Below, one piece after another: positions 63,757-64,000 of a DNA stretch of 64,000 bases. The stretch is from Phoronis australis (lineage: Eukaryota; Animalia; Phoronida). The DNA lies in the NCBI GenBank assembly GCA_002633005.1, contig NMRA01000126.1, positions 667,883 through 731,882 on the forward strand. Direction: 5' to 3'. Position 1 is the first letter of the stretch. Each line of letters opens with the position of its first letter. The translations under genes and the position numbers were made by a program. The notes under the pieces are model-generated. The model worked only from the letters and a program-made list of their open reading frames with translations. It was not told the origin of the DNA and made no database searches.

Positions 63757-64000
63757 CTGCGAAAAGCAAATACATATTTTGCTGGTTTGAGGCAAGGTTG
63801 CTTGTTTCTGGCAATAGTATCTAGACAAGACCTATCAAAAAGGAAGTAATATTCCATGTTTTATTGAGGCATTTGACAAAGTGAAAACACAATTCCACTT
63901 TAATGTAAACTGAGTGCTAAATAAGAGGATATTAAATTCAAAAACAACAACTTATTCAAACAGAAACAACTGGAAGCCTGGATATGCGCCCACAGTGCAA

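Overview
Eukaryotic (animal, probably invertebrate bilaterian) AT-rich genomic DNA with GT-AG spliced genes. It contains: (1) the last coding exon of IST1 (+, 12-196); (2) a complete 17-exon SEC63 gene (-, 42763->6254; my exon chain gives 2304 nt / 767 aa with consistent phases); (3) an ankyrin-repeat/SOCS-box (ASB-like) gene with a single-exon CDS (+, 20451-21764), nested antisense in the 16-kb SEC63 intron 12; (4) the 3' 11 exons of ARID2/BAF200 (-, 63756->49910), whose large exon carries a 511-bp duplication around a single N, probably an assembly artefact; (5) a decayed multi-exon ORF of unknown identity between ARID2 and SEC63. The introns are dominated by one Helentron-associated (HINE/DINE-1-like) non-autonomous element family. 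Its core is a ~150-bp-periodic array (450-bp higher-order unit) of co-oriented CTCF-consensus-like motifs. Also present: elements with CAG.. termini and 5-bp TSDs (hAT5-like), a Harbinger MITE, a LINE 3' fragment, and mini/microsatellites. No RNA genes or CRISPR arrays are supportable. All coordinates were read by eye and no database search was run.
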